Of a DNA stretch of 64,000 nucleotides, positions 1 to 9,606 are shown in pieces. The stretch comes from an uncultured Planctomycetota bacterium. Its GTDB lineage: Bacteria; Planctomycetota; Planctomycetia; Isosphaerales; Isosphaeraceae. A program made the translations under genes and the position numbers. The DNA lies in assembly GCA_963737655.1 (NCBI GenBank), contig CAVTTN010000002.1, positions 3,168,001-3,232,000 of the forward strand, given 5' to 3'. Under the pieces are notes generated by a model. That model searched no databases. It was not told the DNA's origin and was given only the letters and a program-made list of their open reading frames with translations. Positions within the stretch are counted from its first letter, which is position 1; the number at the start of each line of letters is the position of its first letter.

Positions 1-1363
1 CCAGCCCGTCGCCACCCCGCAATCTCAGACCAGGCCGGCCGCGACGGAACCGACGGCCCAGGAGATCGCCATCCTCCAGGCGCTCGTGGCCAACCCGGTC
101 ACGGCCCCCTATCGGTTCGTCACGGCGATCCGGAATCGCCGGATCATCCTGGCCGGGCGGGTCGGGACGAAGGAAATCCACGACATCGCGATCCGGACCG
201 CCCTGGCGGTCACGGCGTCGATCGACGACCGCGTTTCGATCGACACGGCCGAGGCCCACCGGGTGGCCGGAATCCCCGCCGCGACCCTGCCGACCTCGGG
301 GTTCGGGATGCCGTATGGCCCTCTGGCGGGAACGGGTTATGGCAACTATCCTTACGTCTATCCCCAACCCCTCTTCGGCCGGTACGACGACCCGTTCCAG
401 TGGTTCCAACCGCCGGCGATCAGCTATCCGCCGTTCTGGGGCGGATTGACGAACCTCCGGCGGGCCGAGCTCGGCATGGGGATGCCCGCGACCGCCGGCC
501 CGGGCATGCCGCCGCAGGGCCCGGGCATCCAGGGGCCCTACCCGGCCGAAACGCCCCCCTCGCCCACTCCGGCGACGCCTTCGACGACCTCGGCGCCCGG
601 CGGATCGTCCTCGGCGCCGGGCCGGACGATCGAGATGAGCCTGGACCCGCGAGGCGTAGCCGTCCTGCGGGGGACCGTCGATACGATGGCCGACCGGGTG
701 GCCGTCGGGCAGAAGGTCGCGCAGTTGAACGGCGTCTCGGAAGTGATTAATTTGCTGGCCGTTGCGGACGAGGCGGCGAACGGGCCCGCGACGACGGTGC
801 AGGTCGGGGGGGCCGTCCCTCCGGCCCCTCCTCGGCCGGCGGACGACCTCAACGCGCCTCCCCTCGCCCTGATCCCGCCCGGAGACGCCGGCGCCCCGGC
901 CGGAGGCGGCGACCCGATCGACCGCAGGCTCGCCCAGGCCCTGGCGAAACGTCCGGCCCTGGCAGGGGTTGGGGTCAAGTCGTCGGTCGTTGACGGCGTG
1001 GCTCACCTCTCGGGCAAGGTGCCGTCGGTCCTGGAGGCGATGATCGCTTATCGGGCCGCCCAGCAGACGCCCGGGGTCCGCTCCATCATCGATAACCTGC
1101 AATTCACCGTCCCCGACGAGCCGGGCAAGAACCCGCTGGTGGACAAGGGCCGACCCGAGGACGTGGAGCCATACCTGGAAGCCCAGGTCCGCCGCCAGGT
1201 CGGCGACGAGGCGCACATCGACCGCGTGCGGGTCGTCGGCGACCGCGCCGAGATCAAGGGGACCGTGCCCCGGGCGGACGACCGCCCCCGGATCGAGGCC
1301 ATCTTGCGGTCGATGCCGGTCCTCCGCGGGTTCAAGGTGCAGACCGACCTCCAGGCGGAATGA
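1..1363 (+). CDS. Multi-BON-domain protein with Pro/Gly-rich linkers (5' truncated by window edge)
   Basis: Frame is open from nt 2 to the stop at 1363. Repeated BON-like segments (VAVLRGTV...VAQLNGVSEVINLL; VAHLSGKV...AQQTPGVRSIIDNL) are separated by Pro-rich linkers. Confidence 0.75.
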   Translation, partial: QPVATPQSQTRPAATEPTAQEIAILQALVANPVTAPYRFVTAIRNRRIILAGRVGTKEIHDIAIRTALAVTASIDDRVSIDTAEAHRVAGIPAATLPTSGFGMPYGPLAGTGYGNYPYVYPQPLFGRYDDPFQWFQPPAISYPPFWGGLTNLRRAELGMGMPATAGPGMPPQGPGIQGPYPAETPPSPTPATPSTTSAPGGSSSAPGRTIEMSLDPRGVAVLRGTVDTMADRVAVGQKVAQLNGVSEVINLLAVADEAANGPATTVQVGGAVPPAPPRPADDLNAPPLALIPPGDAGAPAGGGDPIDRRLAQALAKRPALAGVGVKSSVVDGVAHLSGKVPSVLEAMIAYRAAQQTPGVRSIIDNLQFTVPDEPGKNPLVDKGRPEDVEPYLEAQVRRQVGDEAHIDRVRVVGDRAEIKGTVPRADDRPRIEAILRSMPVLRGFKVQTDLQAE

Positions 1364-1384
1364 TCGGTTGTGCGGAATGGTGGG

Positions 1385-1436
1385 AAAATGGTGTCAGATC
1401 GATTTTTGAAGTTAAAAATCGATCTGACACCATTTT
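1385..1436. repeat. Perfect 23-bp inverted repeat (long hairpin; REP-like element or bidirectional terminator)
   Basis: AAAATGGTGTCAGATCGATTTTT (1385-1407), 6-nt loop GAAGTT, then the exact reverse complement AAAAATCGATCTGACACCATTTT (1414-1436). Starts 21 nt after the BON gene stop. Confidence 0.9.
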
Positions 1437-1485
1437 GCGCCATTTCCTCCGCCCTGGTGTTGCGGGAATTGCAACGGTTTTGACC

Positions 1486-1515
1486 TTGATTGAAAATCCG
1501 TCCCGGGCGTAGGAT
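1486..1515 (+). promoter_or_regulatory. Possible sigma70-type promoter of the hopanoid operon
   Basis: TTGATT (1486-1491), 18-nt spacer, TAGGAT (1510-1515) in an AT-richer stretch about 90 nt upstream of shc. Consensus resemblance only. Confidence 0.3.
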
Positions 1516-1605
1516 GCCGCCGCAACTTCGGGCCGGGCTCGGAATGGCGTCCGAGTCGGGGGCCCAAGTCGAGGGACGACGTCAAAGGGAAGGAACCCGG
1601 ATCGC

Positions 1606-3636
1606 ATGATCGCCAACAAGGATGGTGGCGTCGGCCGTCGGGCGGCGACGACGGGCTTTGGGCGGCTGACCCGCGGCCTCGCCGACGAGGTCCAGACGGC
1701 CCTTCAGTCGTGCCAGGCCCATCTCCTCGACACCCAGCACGCCGACGGCTACTGGGTGGGCGAGCTCGAAGGGGATACGATCCTCGAATCCGAGTACGTC
1801 CTCTTGATGGCCTTCCTCGGGCGCCACCGCGACGAGGTTTGCATCAGGGCCGGCAAGTATCTGGACGGGCACCAGCTCGAATCCGGGGGCTGGGCGATCT
1901 ATCCCGGCGGCCCGGTCGATCTCAGCGCCTCGGTCAAGGCGTACTTCGCGCTGAAGCTGGTGGGCCTGGACCCCGATCACCCGTCGATGGTCAAGGCCCG
2001 CAAGGCGATTTTGGAGGCCGGCGGGGCCCAGGCGTCCAACAGCTTCACCCGGTTCTACCTCGCCCTGCTCGGGCAGATCTCCTACGACGAATGCCCGAGC
2101 GTCCCGGTCGAGCTGATGCTCCTGCCGAAGAAGATCGGCGTGAGCCTCTACGACATGTCCTCGTGGACGAGGAAGATGGTCGTCACCCTGGCGATCATCT
2201 CGGCGAAGAAGCCGGTCCGCCAGGTGCCCGAGGGGCTGGGCATCCCCGAGCTGTTCCGGGCCGACCTCCCCATGAGGCCCAACCGCTGGAAGAGGCCGGT
2301 GGTCTGCTGGTCCAACTTCTTCCTGGGCGTGGACAAGGCCCTGAAGCTGTTCGAGAAGGTCGTGCCCGAGTCCTGGAGGGACCCGAGCGTCCGCCGGGCC
2401 CATCGCTGGATCCTCGAGCACCTGGAGAACTCCGACGGCCTCGGCGCGATCTTCCCGCCGATGATCTACACGGTGATCGTCCTGAAGTGCCTGGGCTACG
2501 ACGACCACTCGCCCCTGATGACCTGGTCGCTGGAGCATCTCGAAGACCTCCTCCTGGAGGAAGACGGGGCGGTCCGGGTCCAGCCGTGCCTGTCCCCGGT
2601 CTGGGACACCGCGCTGACGACGATCGCCCTGGCCGATTCGGGCCTGCCGTCGTTCCATCCGGCGATGATGAGGGCGGTCCGATGGCTGCTCTCGAAGGAG
2701 GTCCGCCGGCCCGGGGACTGGCAGATCAGCCGGCCGGGGGTCGAGCCGGGCGGCTGGTTCTTCGAGTTCAACAACGAGCTTTTCCCCGATATTGACGACA
2801 CCGCGATGGTCCTCCTCGCCCTGAAGAGGACCGCCCTGGCCGACGATCCCGAGGTCCTGGCCGCGACCGATCGCGCCGTCAACTGGCTGCTCGCCATGCA
2901 GAACCGCGACGGCGGGTTCGCGGCCTTCGACGTGGACATCGACAATCAGGTGCTCACCAAGGTCCCCTTCGCCGACCACAACGCGATGCTCGACCCGAGC
3001 TGCGCCGACATCACCGCGAGGGTGATCGAGGCCCTCGGCGGCCTGGGCTTCTCCCGGGAGCATCCGGCGATCTCCCGGGCGATCGACTACCTCTGGACGA
3101 CCCAGGAACCCGAGGGGTGCTGGTACGGCCGATGGGGCGTCAACTACATTTATGGGACGTGGCAGGTGCTCCTCGGCCTGGAGGCGATCCAGTTCCCGAT
3201 GGGGCACCCGAGGCTCCAGAAGGCGGCGGACTGGCTCGAATCGGTCCAGCAGGGCGACGGGGGCTGGGGCGAGGGCTGCCAGAGCTACGACGACCCGTCG
3301 TTGAAGGGGGTCGGGGTCACCACGGCCTCCCAGACCGCCTGGGCCGTGATGGGGCTGATGGCCGCCGGCCGATCGCGGTCGGACTCGGTCCGCAACGGCA
3401 TTCGCTACCTCGTCGAGACCCAGAACGCCGACGGCACCTGGGACGAGACCGAGTACACCGGCACCGGCTTCCCCCGGGTCTTCTACCTCCGCTATCACAT
3501 GTATCGGCTGTACTTCCCCCTGCTCGCCCTGGCGCGGTACAAGTCCGTGGTGGGTCGGTCGGTGCCGGGGACGAACAGCTCGGTCCCGGCCCTGGCGACC
3601 CGCGTGCCCGCCCTGCCGTTGTGGCGGGATGTCTGA
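1606..3636 (+). CDS. shc: Squalene-hopene cyclase
   Basis: DIDDTA (DxDD protonation motif), multiple QW-type repeats (QHADGYW, QNRDGGF, QEPEGCW, QQGDGGW, QNADGTW), GRWGVNYIYGTW and GTGFPRVFYLRYHMY. Confidence 0.96.
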   Translation: MIANKDGGVGRRAATTGFGRLTRGLADEVQTALQSCQAHLLDTQHADGYWVGELEGDTILESEYVLLMAFLGRHRDEVCIRAGKYLDGHQLESGGWAIYPGGPVDLSASVKAYFALKLVGLDPDHPSMVKARKAILEAGGAQASNSFTRFYLALLGQISYDECPSVPVELMLLPKKIGVSLYDMSSWTRKMVVTLAIISAKKPVRQVPEGLGIPELFRADLPMRPNRWKRPVVCWSNFFLGVDKALKLFEKVVPESWRDPSVRRAHRWILEHLENSDGLGAIFPPMIYTVIVLKCLGYDDHSPLMTWSLEHLEDLLLEEDGAVRVQPCLSPVWDTALTTIALADSGLPSFHPAMMRAVRWLLSKEVRRPGDWQISRPGVEPGGWFFEFNNELFPDIDDTAMVLLALKRTALADDPEVLAATDRAVNWLLAMQNRDGGFAAFDVDIDNQVLTKVPFADHNAMLDPSCADITARVIEALGGLGFSREHPAISRAIDYLWTTQEPEGCWYGRWGVNYIYGTWQVLLGLEAIQFPMGHPRLQKAADWLESVQQGDGGWGEGCQSYDDPSLKGVGVTTASQTAWAVMGLMAAGRSRSDSVRNGIRYLVETQNADGTWDETEYTGTGFPRVFYLRYHMYRLYFPLLALARYKSVVGRSVPGTNSSVPALATRVPALPLWRDV

Positions 3637-3757
3637 GCCGCCCGCGATCAGTCTCCTCGGACGCAAGTTCCTTCGGGCCCGACGGATCGGGCCCCGCCCC
3701 CTGGACGCTCACCGACCGCGGACCCTCTCGCGGCGCCCTTCCTCTGGAGGAGGATCG

Positions 3758-4759
3758 ATGCGATTCCCTTTGAGCATGACCCTCTCGATCGCCGGCTACG
3801 TGGCCAAGAAGAAGGTCACGAGGGCCAAGCGGTTCCCGATGGTCCTGATGCTCGAACCGCTCCACGCCTGCAACCTGACCTGCACCGGCTGCGGCCGGAT
3901 CCGCGAGTACGAGACGTCCATCAAGCAAAAAATGTCGATCCAGGAATGCCTGGACGCCGTCGATGAGTGCGGGGCGCCGGTCGTCTCGATCTGCGGGGGC
4001 GAGCCGATGATCTACCCGGGGATCGGCGAGCTCACGGCCAAGATCCTCGAGCGCAAGAAGAGCGTGATCCTCTGCACCAACGGCATGTTCATCGCGAAGA
4101 AGATCGCCGAGTTCAAGCCGTCCAACCGCTTCTTCTTCAACGTCCACCTGGACGGGATGAGGAAGACCCACGACATCGCCGTCGAGCGCGAGGGGGTGTT
4201 CGACTCGGCCGTCGAGGGCATCAAGGCCGCGAAGGCCGCCGGGTTCCTCGTCTGCTCGAACACGACCGTCTTCAAGGAGACGGACATGGCCGAGCTCGAC
4301 GACCTCTTCGCCTTCCTGACGGGCCTGGGCGTCGACGGCTTCATGATCTCCCCCGGCTACAGCTACGCCGCGGTGGACTCCAAGGAGATCTTCATGAGCC
4401 GCGAGGACATCCGCGAGAAGTTCCGCGCCGCCGATTCGATGTTCAAGAAGTACAAGTTCAACACCTCGCCCATCTTCCTGGAGTTCCTCCAGGGCAAGCG
4501 CGAGATGAGCTGCACCGCCTGGGGCAACCCCACCCGGAACATCAAGGGATGGAAGGGCCCGTGCTACCTGATCACGGACATCCATCACAAGACGTTCGAC
4601 GACCTCTTGAACAAGACCCCCTGGGACAAGTACGGTCACGGCAAGGACCCCCGGTGCGAGAACTGCATGGTCCACTCCGGGTTCGAAGCCTCCGCCGCCC
4701 TCGGCGTCAACGGCAAGCTCGGCGACACCTTGAAGATGATCAAGTGGCAGTTCACGTGA
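3758..4759 (+). CDS. hpnH: Adenosyl-hopene transferase HpnH (radical SAM)
   Basis: VLMLEPLHACNLTCTGCGRI (CxxxCxxC) and C-terminal DPRCENCMVHSGFE. GGAGGAGG SD precedes ATG 3758. Adjacent to shc. Confidence 0.92.
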   Translation: MRFPLSMTLSIAGYVAKKKVTRAKRFPMVLMLEPLHACNLTCTGCGRIREYETSIKQKMSIQECLDAVDECGAPVVSICGGEPMIYPGIGELTAKILERKKSVILCTNGMFIAKKIAEFKPSNRFFFNVHLDGMRKTHDIAVEREGVFDSAVEGIKAAKAAGFLVCSNTTVFKETDMAELDDLFAFLTGLGVDGFMISPGYSYAAVDSKEIFMSREDIREKFRAADSMFKKYKFNTSPIFLEFLQGKREMSCTAWGNPTRNIKGWKGPCYLITDIHHKTFDDLLNKTPWDKYGHGKDPRCENCMVHSGFEASAALGVNGKLGDTLKMIKWQFT

Positions 4760-4840
4760 GCGAAGCCACGCCCGATCGGGGAAAGGCTGGAGAAATGGGT
4801 TTCAGGTTGCTTCGGAGAAATCCCGGGCATGGAGAGCAAG

Positions 4841-4914
4841 CGAGTAGGTCCGACTTCAGTCGGGCCTACAAAAAAGTCTTGTTGTGCAGGCCCGACTGAA
4901 GTCGGAGCTACTCG
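4841..4914. repeat. REP family B inverted doublet (REPIN-like)
   Basis: CGAGTAGGTCCGACTTCAGTCGGGCCTACA (4841-4870) and an inverted copy at 4885-4914 (28/30 match), 14-nt spacer. Each arm is itself palindromic and carries GTAG. Confidence 0.85.
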
Positions 4915-5006
4915 ATCGACCGCTTCGATCGGGTTTTTCTCCAGAGCAACCTGACACCGATCTCGCCGCCATTTCCCCCGCCCAATGTCCCCAAGGTTCG
5001 GCCGGC

Positions 5007-5768
5007 ATGACTCAATCCCGGCCCTTGCCCGTGGCGCCTCCTCCGGTCCCGGCCGACGTGGGACTGGTGGCGGCGCTCTGGATCGAGGTGGGGCCTCTCC
5101 TGGCTAAGCTCAAGAACGTCCGCAAGTATGCGAATGGGCGGCAGACGATCGTCGAGGGGCTGCTCGGCGAGAAGATCGTGGCGGCGATCGTCGGCGGCCC
5201 GGGGGTGAAGGCGGCGAGGAAGGCCACCGGGCTCCTGCTCGCCGGCCATCGTCCGAAGTGGGTGCTCTCGGCCGGTTTCGGCGGGGCGCTCGACCCGTCG
5301 CTGAAGCTCGGCGACCTCGTCTTCCCGACCGAGGTCCTCGACCGGGACGGCCCTCGATACGCGATCGACGTCTCGCTCGGACCCGACCCGTCGGGCCGGA
5401 CTTCCACCGGACGGCTCGTCACGGTCGCCGAGATCATCCGCACGGCCGCCGAGAAGGCCGCGCTTCGCGAAGCGACGGGCGCCGTGGTGGTGGACATGGA
5501 GACGGCCGGAGTCGCGGCGGTCTGCCAGGAACGCAACGTCCGCCTGATGGCCGTGAGGGTCATCAGCGACGAGGCCGGGACCGACCTTCCTCCCGAAGTC
5601 CTGGCCATCCTCGGGCGATCGGGCGGCTATCGGGTGGGCGCGGCCCTCGGGGCGATCTGGAACCGGCCGTCCAGCCTGAAGGACTTGCTGGGACTCCGCG
5701 ATTCGGCCAGGAAAGCCGCCGATCGGCTCGCCTCGGTCTTGCCCGAGGTCATCGCCCGGCTGCCGTGA
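5007..5768 (+). CDS. HpnG-like nucleosidase/phosphorylase (MTA/SAH nucleosidase fold)
   Basis: VLSAGFGGALDPSLKLGDLV, VVDMETAGVA and VRVISD motifs. Position after shc-hpnH suggests the HpnG role. Start at ATG 5007 is inferred. Confidence 0.75.
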   Translation: MTQSRPLPVAPPPVPADVGLVAALWIEVGPLLAKLKNVRKYANGRQTIVEGLLGEKIVAAIVGGPGVKAARKATGLLLAGHRPKWVLSAGFGGALDPSLKLGDLVFPTEVLDRDGPRYAIDVSLGPDPSGRTSTGRLVTVAEIIRTAAEKAALREATGAVVVDMETAGVAAVCQERNVRLMAVRVISDEAGTDLPPEVLAILGRSGGYRVGAALGAIWNRPSSLKDLLGLRDSARKAADRLASVLPEVIARLP

Positions 5769-5792
5769 TCGACGCGATCCGATGCTCGCTCG

Positions 5793-6794
5793 TCAATCCT
5801 GGCGAGGTCCGGCCAGCCCCACCAGGAGGTTTTCCAGGATCACCCGAGGCGGGAGCTGCGAGAAGCCCTTGAGGTCCAGATCGGCTTTTAAAAGCATTTC
5901 CGGGAGTCGATCGACCCGGCCGGGCCCGAGATGCGCATGTTGCTGGAGCGTCTTCTCGACGGCCCCGGAGAAGATTCCCGCCTCGCGACACGCCTCCCGG
6001 CCGTCCTTTCGCAATCGGCGCAAGGTTCCGGCGTGGTAGACCTTGCGCAACGAAAACGTCATCGCCGCCAGGAGGGCGATCGGCGCCTCTCCCGAGGCGA
6101 TCAGGGCGTCGAGCGAGCGCACGGCCTCCGCGCCCCGACCCAGGGCCGCCGCGTCGAGAATTCCCCAGATTTCCTGGACTCGCCCCGATCCCACCATCTT
6201 GGCCACGTCGTCCGACGAGATCCGGTCGCGGGTGCCGACGTAGGTCGCGAGCTTCTCGACCTCCGAAACCAGGAGGCCGACCTCCGGGCCCACGAGGTCC
6301 AGCAGCAGGGCCGACGCCTCCGCATCCATCTTCTTGTCGTGCAAGATTTTGGCGAGCGAACCCAGCCATGCGGGCAACTCGCGTTCCTTGGGCGCCGAGC
6401 AGTCGATCGCCAGCCCCATTTTTTCCACGATCTTCGCCAGCTTGGTATTGCCCGGCCAGGTCTTGACCATCAAGACCAGCACCCCGGACTTCGCGGGCTT
6501 CTCGGCATACGCCTCGAGTTCCTTGCGATGGGCCGTTACGAACGGGTCGGCATTCTCGACGATCGCCACCCGGCATTTTGCCAAAAAAGGTAAGGTGCGG
6601 ACGTCGTCGAGGACGTCGGCCAGGGAGGCGGAGTCTCCCGGGTAGCGCGAGACCGAGAAGTCGTCGCCCTCCGCACCGATCGCGCCGTGAACGACCGCCG
6701 ACAGGGCTTCTCGCCGAAGGTAGGCATCGTCGCCGAGCACCGCATACACGGGGCGGCTCGGGCCGGGCGATCGGAGGAAATCGAGGGCAAGCAT
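5793..6794 (-). CDS. holA: DNA polymerase III subunit delta
   Basis: PVYAVLGDDAYLR, VLDDVRTLPFLAKCRVAIVENAD, EVEKLATY and C-terminal LLKADLDLKG. Start placed at ATG 6794. Confidence 0.9.
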   Translation of the reverse strand: MLALDFLRSPGPSRPVYAVLGDDAYLRREALSAVVHGAIGAEGDDFSVSRYPGDSASLADVLDDVRTLPFLAKCRVAIVENADPFVTAHRKELEAYAEKPAKSGVLVLMVKTWPGNTKLAKIVEKMGLAIDCSAPKERELPAWLGSLAKILHDKKMDAEASALLLDLVGPEVGLLVSEVEKLATYVGTRDRISSDDVAKMVGSGRVQEIWGILDAAALGRGAEAVRSLDALIASGEAPIALLAAMTFSLRKVYHAGTLRRLRKDGREACREAGIFSGAVEKTLQQHAHLGPGRVDRLPEMLLKADLDLKGFSQLPPRVILENLLVGLAGPRQD

Positions 6795-7000
6795 GGAGTC
6801 CGTCCGTGGTACGGGAGCGACGACCCGCGGATCGCGCGGACGAATGCGGATCATATCAATCCATGGCTTCGAGGAGTACCCCGAGTCGCCGGACTCAAAT
6901 CCCCGCAACGCGAACGGAGCAAGCCCCAGGAGGGCCGGAATCCGTCGCGCTCTTCGGAGGAAGAATCACGAGATTGATGAGGAACTAGAAACCTCGGCAA

Positions 7001-7140
7001 CCGCAGATTTCGCAGCTTGCTCAAGCCGGACTTCCGGCTGTATCCTCTGCAAAATCCCTTGATTTGTGACGGGTCGAGACTCTCTTCATCACAAGCATCA
7101 ATCCGTTCCTCTCATCTGCGGTCCTCTGCGACATCTGCGG
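7001..7140. repeat. Small element bounded by 15-bp inverted repeats with internal TCTGCG units (MITE-like)
   Basis: CCGCAGATTTCGCAG (7001-7015) versus CTGCGACATCTGCGG (7126-7140), 14/15 complementary. Three TCTGCG units at 7114-7140. AT-richer interior. Confidence 0.55.
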
Positions 7141-7162
7141 ATCGCATCCTTTGTCCCGTGGT

Positions 7163-8027
7163 TCACCCAAAATACGACCGATCGCGGCGGTCCCACTCGT
7201 CGTATTCCAGGAGATCGTAGAGTTCGGCGCGGGTCTGCATCCGATCCACCACCGAAGCCTGAGTTCCCTGGTCGCGGATCGCCCGGAGCGTGTCTTCGGC
7301 CGCTTTCATGGCGGTTCGAAAGGCGGAGAGCGGATAAAGCACGCCCCGATACCCCATTTTGCCGAGTGCTTCGAGAGGAATCAGCGGGCCTCGGCCGAAC
7401 TCGGTCATGTTGGCGATCAGCGGGGCGGAAACAGCCTGGGCGAATTGGGCGAATTCCCCGGCCGATTCGAGGGCTTCGGGGAAGATGGCATCGGCCCCGG
7501 CGTCGAGGTAGAGGCGGGCGCGGGCCACGGCGGCCTGGAACCCCTCGACCGATCGGGCATCGGTCCGGGCCACGATCAGGAACTCGGGGTCTCGCCGGGC
7601 CGAGACGGCGGCGCGGACCTTGGCGGCCATCGCCTGCGGGTCGATCAGCGTCTTGCCGGAGAGGTGGCCGCACCGCTTGGGCAAGACCTGGTCTTCGAGG
7701 TGGAGGCCCGCCGCCCCGGCCGCTTCGATCAGGCGGACCGTCCTCTCGGCGTTGATCGCCTCGCCGAACCCGGTGTCGGCGTCGCAGAGGACCGGCAGCG
7801 TGGTGGCCCGGGCGAGGACCGCGGCGGCCTCGGCGAATTCGGAGAGCGTGAGCAGGCCGATATCGGGCAATCCCGCCCAGCCGGCCGACAAAGCCCCGCC
7901 CGACAGATAAACGGCCGAGAATCCCAGGCGCTCGGCCATCCGGGCGGTGAGCCGCATTGAAGGCCCCGGGGATGGCGATCGCGCCTTCCGACCATGCCGA
8001 TCTCAGCCGTCCCCCTGGCGATCTCAT
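7163..8027 (-). CDS. prpB: Methylisocitrate lyase / ICL-PEP mutase family enzyme (frameshift near 7953)
   Basis: MRSPGGRLRSAW...IPGAFNA (from 8027) joins LTARMAE...YLSGG...DADTGFG...HLEDQVLPKRCGHL...ARTDA in another frame. One extra base at about 7953. Confidence 0.8.
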
Positions 8028-8208
8028 CGGAACCCTCGACGATCGACGGGCTGGCGGGCGAAAGCCTCATGGTAGCGAGGAGCGCAAAGTTCATCGAGGG
8101 CCCGCCCCGGGCCGGTTTCGATGGATCGCCCCTCGCGGATCATCCGATCATTCATTATCCTGGTCGAATCTCGGCGATCCCTCGTCGTCTTCGGATTGGG
8201 ATGGCAAC

Positions 8209-9516
8209 ATGGGCATTCGCGGTTTCGTCGTGCTGCTGGTGGCGGTCCCCGGTCTCGTGGCCCCGGCGCTGGCGGAGGACACGAAGGGCAAGGGGACGGT
8301 CGTCCTCCGGGCGGCCCGATTGATCGACGGCCGGGGCGGCCCGGCGATCTCGCCGGGGGTCGTGGTGGTCACGGACGACAGGATCGTCGCCGTGGGCGAT
8401 GGCGACGTCCGCATCCCCGAGGGCGCGAAGACCATCGACCTGGGCGATGCCACGTTGCTCCCGGGGTTCATCGATTGCCACACGCATATCATCGGGCGGC
8501 AACTGGGCGACCCCGGCAACGAGGCGGCGGGGGTGAAGGATTACGACTCCTACGGGGCCATCCTCGGCGTGGTCAACGCCCAGAAGACCCTGATGGCCGG
8601 GTTCACCACGATTCGCAACGTCGGCGCCGGCAATTTCGACGATATGGCCTTGAGGAAGGCCGTCGAGGAGGGCCGCATCCCCGGCCCGAGGATGAGGAAC
8701 GCCGGCCACGGGATCGGGATCACCGGCGGCCACGCCGACGAGAACGGATTCAAGCCCGGGCTGGCCGACGGCACGTTCAAGACCGGGATCGCCGACGGCC
8801 CCGAGCAGTGCCGCGCGGCCGTCCGCTACCAGGTGAAGTACGGCGCCGACGTGATCAAGGCCGTGGCGACCGGCGGAGTCCTGTCCGAGGGGGACGCCGT
8901 GGGGGCCACCCAGTACACGTATGAAGAGATGCAAGCCATCGTGAACGAGGCGAGGAAGCTCGAACGCAAGGTCGCGGCCCACGCCCACGGGGCCGAGGGG
9001 ATCAAGATCGCCACCGAGGCCGGCGTGGCCTCGATCGAGCACGGCTCGTTCCTGGACGACGAAGGGGCCGAGCTCATGGCCAGGCATGGCACCTACCTCG
9101 TCCCGACGCTCATGGCCGGCGAGGGCGTGGAGAAGGCCGCGCAAAGCGGCGTCCTGAAAGGGGATCGAGCCGAGAAGGCCCGGGCCGCCGCCAAGGGGAT
9201 GCGGTCGGCCATCAAACGGGCCGTGGCCCACAAGGTGCCGATCGCCCTGGGGACCGACGCCGGGGTGATCCCCCACGGCACGAACGCACGAGAATTCGTG
9301 TTGATGGTCGAATGGGGAGGGATGGCGCCGAAAGACGCGATCCTCGCCGGCACGAGGGACGCCGCCAGGCTCCTGGGCTGGGATGATCGCATCGGCACTC
9401 TCGAACCGAAGAAGCTCGCCGACGTGGTGGCCGTCGCGGGCGATCCCCTGGCCGACATCCACGCGATGGAAAGGCCCGTCTTCGTCATGAAAAATGGAGT
9501 GATCTACAAAAAGTAG
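8209..9516 (+). CDS. Secreted metal-dependent amidohydrolase (Xaa-Pro dipeptidase-like)
   Basis: Signal peptide (MGIRGFVVLLVAVPGLVAPALA), PGFIDCHTH, VAAHAHG, SIEHGS, GTDAG and KLADVVAV. The TAG stop is part of a REP. Confidence 0.88.
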   Translation: MGIRGFVVLLVAVPGLVAPALAEDTKGKGTVVLRAARLIDGRGGPAISPGVVVVTDDRIVAVGDGDVRIPEGAKTIDLGDATLLPGFIDCHTHIIGRQLGDPGNEAAGVKDYDSYGAILGVVNAQKTLMAGFTTIRNVGAGNFDDMALRKAVEEGRIPGPRMRNAGHGIGITGGHADENGFKPGLADGTFKTGIADGPEQCRAAVRYQVKYGADVIKAVATGGVLSEGDAVGATQYTYEEMQAIVNEARKLERKVAAHAHGAEGIKIATEAGVASIEHGSFLDDEGAELMARHGTYLVPTLMAGEGVEKAAQSGVLKGDRAEKARAAAKGMRSAIKRAVAHKVPIALGTDAGVIPHGTNAREFVLMVEWGGMAPKDAILAGTRDAARLLGWDDRIGTLEPKKLADVVAVAGDPLADIHAMERPVFVMKNGVIYKK

Positions 9517-9533
9517 GGTGCATGAAATGCACC
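9513..9533 (+). repeat. REP family A copy 1 (GTAGGGTGCATGAAATGCACC)
   Basis: GTAG followed by palindrome GGTGCAT-GAA-ATGCACC. Identical to the copies at 36730-36750 (reverse) and 52244-52264. Contains the amidohydrolase stop codon (9514-9516). Confidence 0.9.
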
Positions 9534-9606
9534 ATCTTCGATTCGGTCTCGCCTCTTGCGAGATCGAGCCGCGAGTGGTTCGCGCACCCGACCGGAGACT
9601 TCGTCC

